Origin: an uncultured Rhizobium sp.
Lineage (GTDB): Bacteria > Pseudomonadota > Alphaproteobacteria > Rickettsiales > UBA1997
Assembly (NCBI GenBank): GCA_964506725.1
Contig: CAZDLU010000001.1
Coordinates: 45,955 to 109,954, forward strand
DNA: 64,000 nucleotides
Direction: 5' to 3'
A program made the translations under genes and the position numbers. Shown here piece by piece: positions 1 to 8,555 of this stretch. How positions within the stretch are numbered: position 1 is the stretch's first letter; each line of letters starts with the position of its first letter. Under the pieces are notes generated by a model. It was not told where the DNA came from and made no database searches. It saw only the letters and a list, made by a program, of their open reading frames with translations.

Positions 1-692
1 TACTTTTTCCTATCGTAATTTTTGCCTGTGCTAAGGAAGATAATGCGGCAAGAGTCAGGCTGGTAGATTTGCAAGGTCGTCCTAAACCAGTAACGACACA
101 TGTTCCCGAACTTAATTCAAATTTGATGGCAGCGCAAGATCATAATAAAATGATCGGGCAAAATACTCCTGCAATAAATGATACTCCAACTTTAACTGAT
201 AAGGATATTGCGGCGCAATATGATGTGGCGCCGAATAATAGTTTCGGCAATGTCGTTGCTGCGGAAGCGCAAAAAACTTTACAAAATCCGGTGGCTCCTA
301 CCGTTCCTGCTCCGCCTAGTCCTAAGATCGAAGAGGCAAGACAGGAAAATGGACAAGTTGTGGAATATGATTTATCCGAAGGAGAAAAGCCAGTAACGAA
401 ACCGGAAAAAGTTGTGAAGGCAAAGAAAGTTAAAGCGGAGAAGAAAGCTGTAGTTTCTAGTGTCGGCAAAGGTATTTATGTGCAAGTTGGATCTTTTTCA
501 AGCATTACTAATGCTAAAAATACTTTAGAAAAAATGCAGAAATTTCACAAAGGTAAAGTTGAAGAAGTGGAAGGCGCGCAAACAATTTATCGCGTGTTGC
601 TTGGGCCTTTTGCAAACAAGCAGCAAGCACGCAACCTAATGAATAAAATAAAAAATTCAGGCCATGATGCTATCATTGTGAGGAATAAATAA
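1..692 (+). CDS. SPOR-domain (peptidoglycan-binding) lipoprotein; 5' end lies outside the window
   Basis: The frame is open from base 3 (..LFPIVIFACAKEDN.., lipobox-like VIFAC), so the TTG at 69 in the ORF track is probably internal. The C-terminal ~75 aa (GIYVQVGSFSS..YRVLLGPFANKQQARNLMNKIKNSGHDAIIV) fit the SPOR repeat pattern. The middle is a Pro/Lys/Ala-rich linker. Confidence 0.7.
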   Translation, partial: LFPIVIFACAKEDNAARVRLVDLQGRPKPVTTHVPELNSNLMAAQDHNKMIGQNTPAINDTPTLTDKDIAAQYDVAPNNSFGNVVAAEAQKTLQNPVAPTVPAPPSPKIEEARQENGQVVEYDLSEGEKPVTKPEKVVKAKKVKAEKKAVVSSVGKGIYVQVGSFSSITNAKNTLEKMQKFHKGKVEEVEGAQTIYRVLLGPFANKQQARNLMNKIKNSGHDAIIVRNK

Positions 693-1489
693 TGAGAGGA
701 TTTGCTAATCTCTTGTTAATATTTTTTTTGTTTTCTTGTTCTTCAGCTCCGCAAACCGCTAATTCTAATTTTAGCAAAAAATATGGTAAAGATGTTGAAA
801 AAATAAGACAAGAACGCATGCCGCCAATTCCTTTATCTTCAGATCAACAAGAGAAATCAAGGCAAAAAACAGAGGTTGATTGGCGTGATCAGCTGTCAAA
901 TAATGGTGGTGAGAATTACGCCTATATGGATTCAAGTCAGTTTAATGAAAAAAATCCGCCGCAAGAATTTTTGCCGAATGCTCAAGTTTATCAAAATGCG
1001 CAAAATATCAGAACCTTACCGGATGATATGTTTATCGTAACTTATAATACTGATTTATATCCGCCTTTTGTAAAATATGGTGTGGAATTCGACAATATTG
1101 AAATTCCCCAGAAAGATTCTTACGGTGTTGAAACTGCTATGTCGAACAAGGTTTATATGTTAGCCGGAAATGAATCTTTGCAAAAAAATATTGATAAGAT
1201 TAATGAACAAAGAACTTTGCAAGACGTTAAAAATAGCGAAATTTTAATTGCCGAGCAAAAGCGTTTGCGCCGCGAGCAGAAGAGTAAAGAAATCTTTGGA
1301 AGCTCGCAATTAAATGTAAAAGAAAAAAAAGAAAAACCACAACCGCAGATATTGCCAAAGCAAGAGGTTAAGAAAGAAAAGGCTCCGGTTCCTGTTTCTG
1401 TTCCGGTTCCTGTTGCTGAGGTAAAAAAAGAAGAAAAAAAGAGTGGTTTGGCCGGTTTAATTGTAAAAGGTGCAGAATTGGATAAATAA
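692..1489 (+). CDS. putative lipoprotein, unknown function
   Basis: TAATG overlap with the upstream stop. The N-terminus MRGFANLLLIFFLFSCSS has a signal peptide plus lipobox (LFSC). Lys/Glu/Pro-rich low-complexity C-terminus. No family recognised. Confidence 0.55.
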   Translation: MRGFANLLLIFFLFSCSSAPQTANSNFSKKYGKDVEKIRQERMPPIPLSSDQQEKSRQKTEVDWRDQLSNNGGENYAYMDSSQFNEKNPPQEFLPNAQVYQNAQNIRTLPDDMFIVTYNTDLYPPFVKYGVEFDNIEIPQKDSYGVETAMSNKVYMLAGNESLQKNIDKINEQRTLQDVKNSEILIAEQKRLRREQKSKEIFGSSQLNVKEKKEKPQPQILPKQEVKKEKAPVPVSVPVPVAEVKKEEKKSGLAGLIVKGAELDK

Positions 1490-1492
1490 TTT

Positions 1493-2653
1493 ATGAAAAA
1501 GATTTATATTATTGCTTTTATTTTTTTAGCGTTAATCCCCGGTATTTCGTGGGCTCAAAGTGAAGAAAAAACTTTGCAGGAAGCACAGTTTTATTTTTTG
1601 GTAGATGCTGACACTAATGAAGTTTTGCTTTCAAAAAATGCCGATCTACGTATTGCGCCGTCTTCGATGACTAAAATTATGACGGCCTATGTTGTCTTTA
1701 GTCAAATTCAAAAAGGTAATATTAATTTTAATAAGCAATGCACGGTAAGTAGGGAAGCTTGGCGCAAGTCGGGCTCAAGCATGTTTTTAAATTATGGTGA
1801 TATTGTAACAGTGGAAGATTTGGTGAAAGGCTTGCTTGTTGTGTCGGGAAATGATGCGGCAATTGCGTTAGCGCAAAATATTTCAGGCAGTGTTAATAAT
1901 TTTGTAGCTTTGATGAATCAAGAAGCGCAAGAATTGGGTTTGAAAAATTCCCATTTTAGAAACCCGCATGGTCTTAATGAACCGGGACATTATATGAGCT
2001 TGCGCGACCTTGCGACTCTAACCACGCGGCTTTATGAAAATTTCCCGCAATATTCGCATTATTTGGGAATTGAAGAATTTACTTATGGTAAAATTACTCA
2101 ACGTAATCGTAATCCTCTAATTAAGCATGATTATGAGGGTACGGTCGGCGGTAAAACAGGTCACACAAACGAAGGAGGCTATGGGATTGTAGGTGTGGTG
2201 AAGCGCGATCATCGTCGTTTGATTGCGGTTGTAAATAAAGCCAGAACACCGAAAAAACGCGAAGAGATAGTAAAGGCGCTGCTTAATTATGGTTTTGAAG
2301 ATTATAAGAAATTAGTTTTCTTCAACAAAGATCAAACAATTGCTTCAGTAAATACATGGCTTGGTAGCAGTTCTAAAGTTGACGTAGTAACCAATCAGGA
2401 AATTGCCGTTAATATTCCGCAAAGTAAATCTGCTGCTGCAATTAGTGCTAAAATAAAATACAAAGGACCGGTTTATGCCCCTATCTCAAGGGGCGCAAAG
2501 GTGGCAACTCTGGTAATTGATGTGCATGGTTATAAGACTTTTGAATTTTCGCTTTTTGCCAAGGAAAATGTTGACAAGGCGGGGATTCTGAAGAGAATTA
2601 GCAGCGTTTTTCGATACAAGGTGAGAAATTTTTTGCACCGGGTTTTTTATTAA
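1493..2653 (+). CDS. D-alanyl-D-alanine carboxypeptidase (low-MW PBP5/6-like, peptidase S11)
   Basis: Signal peptide, then SxxK (SSMTK), SxN (SGND) and KTG (KTGHT) motifs in the canonical order, followed by a C-terminal PBP5-type beta domain. Confidence 0.9.
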   Translation: MKKIYIIAFIFLALIPGISWAQSEEKTLQEAQFYFLVDADTNEVLLSKNADLRIAPSSMTKIMTAYVVFSQIQKGNINFNKQCTVSREAWRKSGSSMFLNYGDIVTVEDLVKGLLVVSGNDAAIALAQNISGSVNNFVALMNQEAQELGLKNSHFRNPHGLNEPGHYMSLRDLATLTTRLYENFPQYSHYLGIEEFTYGKITQRNRNPLIKHDYEGTVGGKTGHTNEGGYGIVGVVKRDHRRLIAVVNKARTPKKREEIVKALLNYGFEDYKKLVFFNKDQTIASVNTWLGSSSKVDVVTNQEIAVNIPQSKSAAAISAKIKYKGPVYAPISRGAKVATLVIDVHGYKTFEFSLFAKENVDKAGILKRISSVFRYKVRNFLHRVFY

Positions 2654-2676
2654 TTTTGAATTAGGAATTACAAATT

Positions 2677-2991
2677 ATGGATATGAAAGCACTGATGCGT
2701 CAGGCGCAAGAAATGCAAAAAAAAATGCAGCGTTTGCAAGAAGAATTAGCGCAAAAAGAATTTGAAGGTGCTGCCGGTGGTGGTATGGTGAAAGTAGTAG
2801 TTACCGGCGCTGGGCTGGTAAATAAGGTGGCGATTGATCCAAGTTTAATCAAGGCTGAAGAAAAAGAAATTTTAGAAGATTTATTGATTGCGGCTTTTAA
2901 TGATGCAAAAAATAAAGCTGATAATGACTCTAATGAATCATTAAGGGCTGCAACGCAAGGAATTCCGCTGCCTCCTGGGCTTAAACTGTAA
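2677..2991 (+). CDS. ybaB: YbaB/EbfC family nucleoid-associated protein
   Basis: About 104 aa. N-terminal coiled MRQAQEMQKKMQRLQEELA followed by GGGMVKVVVTG.. and ..LEDLLIAAFNDA.., the typical YbaB pattern. Confidence 0.85.
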   Translation: MDMKALMRQAQEMQKKMQRLQEELAQKEFEGAAGGGMVKVVVTGAGLVNKVAIDPSLIKAEEKEILEDLLIAAFNDAKNKADNDSNESLRAATQGIPLPPGLKL

Positions 2992-2994
2992 TTT

Positions 2995-3624
2995 ATGAAA
3001 GTAAAATTATGTGGTTTTACTGATAAAAAGTCGGTTGAAACTGCAGTTAAAGAAAATTGTGATTTTTTAGGTTTTATTTTTGTTAAAAGTTCTGTGCGTT
3101 TTGTGGTGCCGGAAGTTGCGGAAATTATTAGCGCTGATGTGCCAAAAAACATTGCTAAAGTTGCGGTGGTAGCAGATGCTGAAATTAAAGAATTATCTGT
3201 TATTTTGCGTGATTTTAATGCGGATTATTTTCAATTTCATGGTGCAGAAGATGTTCAATTTTTAAAACAAGTCAAAAAAAAATTTCCCCAAATAAAAATT
3301 ATCAAGGCTTTTCACATCAACAGTGCCAAGGACTTAGAGCTTGTTGAAGATTTTTCTACGTTAGCTGATTTTTTCCTTTTCGACGGACCAAAAGCCGGAA
3401 GCGGTAAAGTTTTTGATTGGAAGTTATTGCATAATTTTCAAGCTAGTAAACCATGGTTTTTATCTGGCGGAATAAATATTGACAATATTGGTATGGCCTT
3501 AGAAACCACTGGTGCTACGATGGTTGATATTTCTTCGGGAATAGAAGAAGTTCGCGGAAAGAAATCATCAAAATTGATTATGGCATTAATGCAAAAAATA
3601 AAAGAAATATGTTCCCAAAGATAA
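2995..3624 (+). CDS. trpF: N-(5'-phosphoribosyl)anthranilate isomerase
   Basis: 209 aa. MKVKLCGFT.., ..DFLGFIF.., ..YFQFHG.., ..FLSGGINIDN.. match the PRAI (TrpF) TIM-barrel pattern. No other trp genes in the window. Confidence 0.8.
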   Translation: MKVKLCGFTDKKSVETAVKENCDFLGFIFVKSSVRFVVPEVAEIISADVPKNIAKVAVVADAEIKELSVILRDFNADYFQFHGAEDVQFLKQVKKKFPQIKIIKAFHINSAKDLELVEDFSTLADFFLFDGPKAGSGKVFDWKLLHNFQASKPWFLSGGINIDNIGMALETTGATMVDISSGIEEVRGKKSSKLIMALMQKIKEICSQR

Positions 3625-5570
3625 GAAATTTTTTATTCGGTAATCCGCGCGATCCTTTTGATAAAGAGACGCGCCGTCATATTTCTTTGATTGCATTTTT
3701 TGCCTGGGTAGGGCTTGGAGCGGACGGTATTTCATCTTCTTGCTATGGTCCGGAAGAGGCATTTTTAGCGCTTGGAACGCATGAGGAATTGGCAATTTAT
3801 TTGGCGATTGCAACAGCTTTCACCGTCTTCATTATTTCTTACGCTTATACTCAAGTAATTGAACTTTTTCCAAATGGCGGCGGAGGTTATCGCGTTGCGA
3901 CCAGATTGCTTGGTAAATATGCCGGCTTGGTGTCAGGCTCGGCTTTGATTATTGATTATGTTTTGACAATTTCAATTTCAGTTGCCAGCGGCATTGATGC
4001 GATATTTAGTTTTTTACCCGGCAATTGGCATTGGTTAAAATTAGTTATTGAATTATTGCTGGTGATGATGCTGGCCGTCCTTAATTTGCGTGGCATGAAG
4101 GAATCGATAAAATTTCTAATGCCGATATTTTTAGGATTTATTATTACGCATTTTACTCTGATTATTTACGGAATTGCGGCGCATCATTATGGTATTTCTG
4201 ACTTACTGCCGCAAGCTGCCAGCGAAAGTAGCGAATTAAAAGATGCTTTTGGTTTAGTCTTTTTGATGTCGCTATTTTTAAAAGCATTTTCGATGGGTGG
4301 CGGTACTTATACCGGTCTTGAAGCGGTTTCAAATAACGTAAATACTTTGTCGGAACCGCGAGTTAAAACGGCAAAATTGACAATGTTTTTAGTAGCAATC
4401 TCGTTAGCCTTTACGGCGGCAGGCATTATCTGTCTTTATTTATTATGGGGCGTAAACAAAGTTGACGGGCAAACATTGAATGCTACAACTTTTTATATTC
4501 TCACTGAAACTTGGAAAATTGGTGATACGGAATTTGGGCAATTTTTAGTTCCGATAATTTTATTATTTGAAGCCGGATTATTATTGGTTGCGGCCAATGC
4601 CGGATTTTTAGCAGGTCCGTCAGTTGTTGCCAATATGGCTTCCGATGAATGGATGCCAAAATCTTTTAGTTCTCTTTCCAGTAGATTGGTGGTGAAAAAC
4701 GGTATTTTATTTATGGCAATTGCTGCCGTAATTACTTTACTAATTACTAACGGTTCAGTGCATGTTTTGGTGGTGTTATATTCAATCAACGTATTTATAA
4801 CTTTTTCATTATCGCTGTTGGGCCTTAGTATTTACTGGATCCGTAAGCGTGGCAAAAAAGAACATTGGCAAAGAAAATTTTTCACCTCTCTTGTCGGATT
4901 TATTTTGTGTTTTGCCATTTTGATTATCACCACATTTGAAAAATTCTATGAAGGCGGGTGGGTGACACTTTTAATTACTTCAATATTTGTTGCAATCGGT
5001 CTTGTAGTGCGAGGCATGTATCGTAAATTGCGTATGCGCCTGATGCAAAAGGAAATGCAATTTTATGGATATGATATTGCGCCGGCGCTTAATCCAACAG
5101 GTGAAATTGATAAGGCAGCGCCAACAGCGGCAATCATCGTTGATCAAACTTTCGGTAGCGGCATGAATTGCCTGCTTGAAATTAAAAAATTATTTCCGGG
5201 AATTTTTAAGAATTTTATTTTTGTTACTGTCGGAGAAGTTGATTCAAATAATTTTAGTGAAGAAAAAAAATGGCGCGACATGAGACACAAAACCAAAAAT
5301 ATTTTGCGCAAATATAAAGACTATTGCAACGCCAACGGCCGCTTTGCTAAAGCCTATGTAGGATATGGTACGGATATTGTAGAAAAATTAACGCAATTAA
5401 CTGATCGCGTTAGTAAAGATTATCCGAACACAGTATTTTTTGGAACCAAATTTATTTTTGATAATGAGAATATTTTTACGCAAGTTCTTTATAACCACGT
5501 AGCCTACATTATGCAGCGTCGCCTGCACTCAAAAGGTTCCAACATGGTAATTTTGCCGATGAAGATTTAA
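3609..5570 (+). CDS. APC-superfamily amino-acid/polyamine permease with ~190-aa cytoplasmic C-terminal extension
   Basis: About 12 hydrophobic segments. The N-terminal region (..AFFAWVGLGADGISSSCYGPEEAF..) is typical of APC permeases. Soluble C-terminal domain of unknown role. Overlaps the trpF end by 16 nt. Confidence 0.6.
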   Translation: MFPKIRNFLFGNPRDPFDKETRRHISLIAFFAWVGLGADGISSSCYGPEEAFLALGTHEELAIYLAIATAFTVFIISYAYTQVIELFPNGGGGYRVATRLLGKYAGLVSGSALIIDYVLTISISVASGIDAIFSFLPGNWHWLKLVIELLLVMMLAVLNLRGMKESIKFLMPIFLGFIITHFTLIIYGIAAHHYGISDLLPQAASESSELKDAFGLVFLMSLFLKAFSMGGGTYTGLEAVSNNVNTLSEPRVKTAKLTMFLVAISLAFTAAGIICLYLLWGVNKVDGQTLNATTFYILTETWKIGDTEFGQFLVPIILLFEAGLLLVAANAGFLAGPSVVANMASDEWMPKSFSSLSSRLVVKNGILFMAIAAVITLLITNGSVHVLVVLYSINVFITFSLSLLGLSIYWIRKRGKKEHWQRKFFTSLVGFILCFAILIITTFEKFYEGGWVTLLITSIFVAIGLVVRGMYRKLRMRLMQKEMQFYGYDIAPALNPTGEIDKAAPTAAIIVDQTFGSGMNCLLEIKKLFPGIFKNFIFVTVGEVDSNNFSEEKKWRDMRHKTKNILRKYKDYCNANGRFAKAYVGYGTDIVEKLTQLTDRVSKDYPNTVFFGTKFIFDNENIFTQVLYNHVAYIMQRRLHSKGSNMVILPMKI

Positions 5571-5633
5571 ACGCCAGTTCGGGATAAGGAAGGCTAAGTT
5601 AAATGCGTGTTGTATTAAGTTTGAATACAGGCT

Positions 5634-8555
5634 CTAGTTGCTGTCATCACTGTCTTTCTTAGAGCCTCTGTTGCTTCCTGCGGATCTGATTTCTGATTTT
5701 ATTCTGTTTGCTGTTTTGGAAGCACTGTTCTTGATTCCTTTTGCCGCTTTAAGACTGCCTTTACCTAAGCGCTTCTGTGCTGCAGAAAGGAAACCGGCAG
5801 CTTTGAAAAACATTTGTGTTGCAGATTTGCCGGATGCAGGAAGTTCAGTACCGCCAATAAGAGCTGAAGTAATGCCTGAAATTTCATCCATAAATTTATA
5901 AAGCAGATACATTATCAAAAATGCTTTGGTTAATGTTAATACGCCGGCGCGTGAAAAAATATCCGGTAAATTTTTTAAGGTTGGAATGTTGATGCCAAAA
6001 GCAGCCAAAACCGGAATCCTGCCGAAATCATTAAAACCAAGAATGCAAACCGCACTATCGCGCATCGGATTGATTATTTTGTCACCGGGATGGTCACAGG
6101 CCGGAAGAACATTCGGATCGCTTTCATTTATTACTCTATTGCCGTTGCTATCAACGCAAGATTTGTTGCAAGCCAGTGTCTTATACGGTCCGTTACCGAT
6201 GAAAGTAGCGCTGCCAATTACCGTTTTGTCAAAAGTTGTAATTAAAATTGCAATATAGGCAAAAAGTATCATGGGTTGAAGGCAGAAGCTGATTAGCTCG
6301 GTGAGCCATTTTTTAAAAATATGTTCGGTTTTTTTGAACAAGAGACAAGTGATTGTCAGCGGCGAAACAAAAATAAAAATTATTATTGATATTGCCGAAA
6401 GAAGGAAAATGTGGAGCGCACGAATCGTTAAGGAAATCAGGCAAATTCCAATAAACATCATGGCAAGTGCTAAATAAATTCCGATTGGGCCGGTAAAGAA
6501 GGAAGCTAAAACTAATGAAGCAATATTGGCAGCGGAATCTTGTGGGCCAAAACCCAAATAGCGCATGATTTTGCAATCAAGCGTATCCCAAATTGCTAAA
6601 TATTCTTTGCCGTCAGGATAGGTGCGGCCTGTTGAAGTTGTAGTGCCATCAGACAATGTAATTTCGCCGAATTGGCATCCGTCGCGTTTTGATTCATCTG
6701 TTCCGGCATCAATTTTAAAGACCAGGCGCGCGAATTCGTAAGAGCCGGAATAAAAACCGTCGAAGAACTGAGTTTGCCAGGCATCACCTAAAGCGAAATA
6801 AAAAATCACGCCGATTTTTAATATGTAAGGTGTTAACTCTTTAGTAGAAAGTTGTCCGAAACCAAGTAAAGTCTTGATTCCGTAAAACATTATCGACAAG
6901 GTTAAGACAAGTTTAATGGCATCTTTCATTACAGATTGTAATGTTTCAAAGAATGAGCGATCTAATACTTTATTGCCTTTTTTAAATATAAAATCGCCTT
7001 TGGTGATATATTCATTGCTTTGGCAAATGCCGTTAGCATCGGGATATTCATTGACGTTTAAGCATTCGCTGTGACCGGCGCGATTATAAAATAAATTTTC
7101 TAAAGTTTCTTTAACGCATTGAGCGATTGGCGCGCTGAAGTGACGCTGAGCACCGAGAACTATGCCACCGAAACTAGCTTTATTTTGTGAATCGCCGACA
7201 AAGTTACGACAAGCCGCAGAAGCGTAAGGCGAACCTATATTGGAATTGTAATTAAAAGAAGAATTAGTGCGGGTGCAGTGAGTTAAATATTGGCAATAGT
7301 TACGACATTTTCCGGCCTTGTCGTTGTAAGAACAATCCGTATTCCTGATCTCGCTTTTGCTGGCACAATTTCCGGCTTCTAAATCTTCTTGTGTTATGTA
7401 AGTCCATCTTTTATTGCTGCTTGACCAAATGCCGTCCTGATAGTAATCGCAATATTCCGTGCCGCCGCTAATTGAGAAATTGTAAGGGCAAAGACTATAG
7501 CTTTCAGCGCAAATGAAGCGATCATTATCAATAAATTTGGTGGAAAAAGTAACGGAATCGATGGTGCAAAGGCTTCCCGCCTTGCAGAATTTTTTGCCGC
7601 GACTTCCGCGATCGATGCAGATATATTGCGAGCTGCGGGCCTTACAGCAATTATAAGCTTTGGTGTAATGTGCTTGCCTGTCGCCTTCCCAATTTCTGCC
7701 GGTTACCGGATCGCTGGTTCCTTTAATTAAGTAAGAATCGCAATTATAATTACCAAGCGCCGGACCGCGCAAATAATATAGTTGTGCCGGATAATCTTCA
7801 TATTTGGCGGTTGCGACCGAACTTGCGTCAGTACGATTCGGGTCGCGACAAGTCTCTCCACTTTCGGGATTATCAATTGTTTCAACGCCTTGATAATACC
7901 ATTCCCGAAATGGTTTATAAACATCGCTGGCGTAAGATAATACTAATTTATCCGTTTCGCTATTGGTTATGAATCCGTCGATTGTTTGTTGTACCGTTGC
8001 TTTATAATCAGGAACATCAATTGAATAAAGAGTGGGGCTGGGCTTAGTCCAATTAGCACCGCAAATCTGGGTATTATTGTAAGCGTAATTGGCAATACCG
8101 TATATTGTTCCAAGCTCGGCCATCGCTGTTCCAAAAGAGGCAAGGGCGACTCCATAAGCAACGGCACAATCGGCATCTCGCGTGTTTGCTGTTGCCTTCA
8201 TAATATCAATAGCATCGCTAACAATTGAAGGCGTTACCCTTATATTACTTGCTATTCCGCAAGCAGCGTTCATTACCGGAATTGATATTTTTACTGCCGC
8301 ATAGCTGGTAGCAATTACCGTAATGCAAACCGGGTTTGTCAAAACAAATAGAGCGTCATGGCCGCCGGCATTTGGTCCTACGGTCGGGTTGAAATCAAGC
8401 CCGGAAGGTTTGCCATCGGTAGGACTGCAAGTACGGATTCGTCCCGGACCGTAATCAAAGTCAGCGGCAAAGGAATTATTATTTAAAATTAAGGCAGCAA
8501 CAAAAAACAGAAGCGAGAAAAAACCAAAAACTTTTTTTCGCAATTTTTGCATCAT
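5634..8555 (-). CDS. virB6: VirB6/TrbL-family type IV secretion inner-membrane protein (973 aa, enlarged)
   Basis: ATGA overlap with the upstream virB4 stop. Signal peptide, a ~490-aa Cys-rich N-terminal domain, and a central polytopic block (aa ~545-800, ..LFKKTEHIFKKWLTELISFCLQPMILFAYIAIL..) resembling the TrbL/VirB6 core. Charged C-terminal tail. Confidence 0.75.
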   Translation of the reverse strand: MMQKLRKKVFGFFSLLFFVAALILNNNSFAADFDYGPGRIRTCSPTDGKPSGLDFNPTVGPNAGGHDALFVLTNPVCITVIATSYAAVKISIPVMNAACGIASNIRVTPSIVSDAIDIMKATANTRDADCAVAYGVALASFGTAMAELGTIYGIANYAYNNTQICGANWTKPSPTLYSIDVPDYKATVQQTIDGFITNSETDKLVLSYASDVYKPFREWYYQGVETIDNPESGETCRDPNRTDASSVATAKYEDYPAQLYYLRGPALGNYNCDSYLIKGTSDPVTGRNWEGDRQAHYTKAYNCCKARSSQYICIDRGSRGKKFCKAGSLCTIDSVTFSTKFIDNDRFICAESYSLCPYNFSISGGTEYCDYYQDGIWSSSNKRWTYITQEDLEAGNCASKSEIRNTDCSYNDKAGKCRNYCQYLTHCTRTNSSFNYNSNIGSPYASAACRNFVGDSQNKASFGGIVLGAQRHFSAPIAQCVKETLENLFYNRAGHSECLNVNEYPDANGICQSNEYITKGDFIFKKGNKVLDRSFFETLQSVMKDAIKLVLTLSIMFYGIKTLLGFGQLSTKELTPYILKIGVIFYFALGDAWQTQFFDGFYSGSYEFARLVFKIDAGTDESKRDGCQFGEITLSDGTTTSTGRTYPDGKEYLAIWDTLDCKIMRYLGFGPQDSAANIASLVLASFFTGPIGIYLALAMMFIGICLISLTIRALHIFLLSAISIIIFIFVSPLTITCLLFKKTEHIFKKWLTELISFCLQPMILFAYIAILITTFDKTVIGSATFIGNGPYKTLACNKSCVDSNGNRVINESDPNVLPACDHPGDKIINPMRDSAVCILGFNDFGRIPVLAAFGINIPTLKNLPDIFSRAGVLTLTKAFLIMYLLYKFMDEISGITSALIGGTELPASGKSATQMFFKAAGFLSAAQKRLGKGSLKAAKGIKNSASKTANRIKSEIRSAGSNRGSKKDSDDSN

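Noticed and set aside
2700-3152. Long antisense 'shadow' ORFs. Examples: 2700-3152 (-), 15989-16483 (-), 27951-28418 (-), 35926-36294 (-), 48791-49258 (+), 50701-51075 (+) and 140-469 (-).
   Set aside because: Each lies fully inside a well-supported gene on the opposite strand. Their translations are low-complexity and Ser/Ile/Phe/Lys-biased with no motifs. This is the expected by-product of codon bias.
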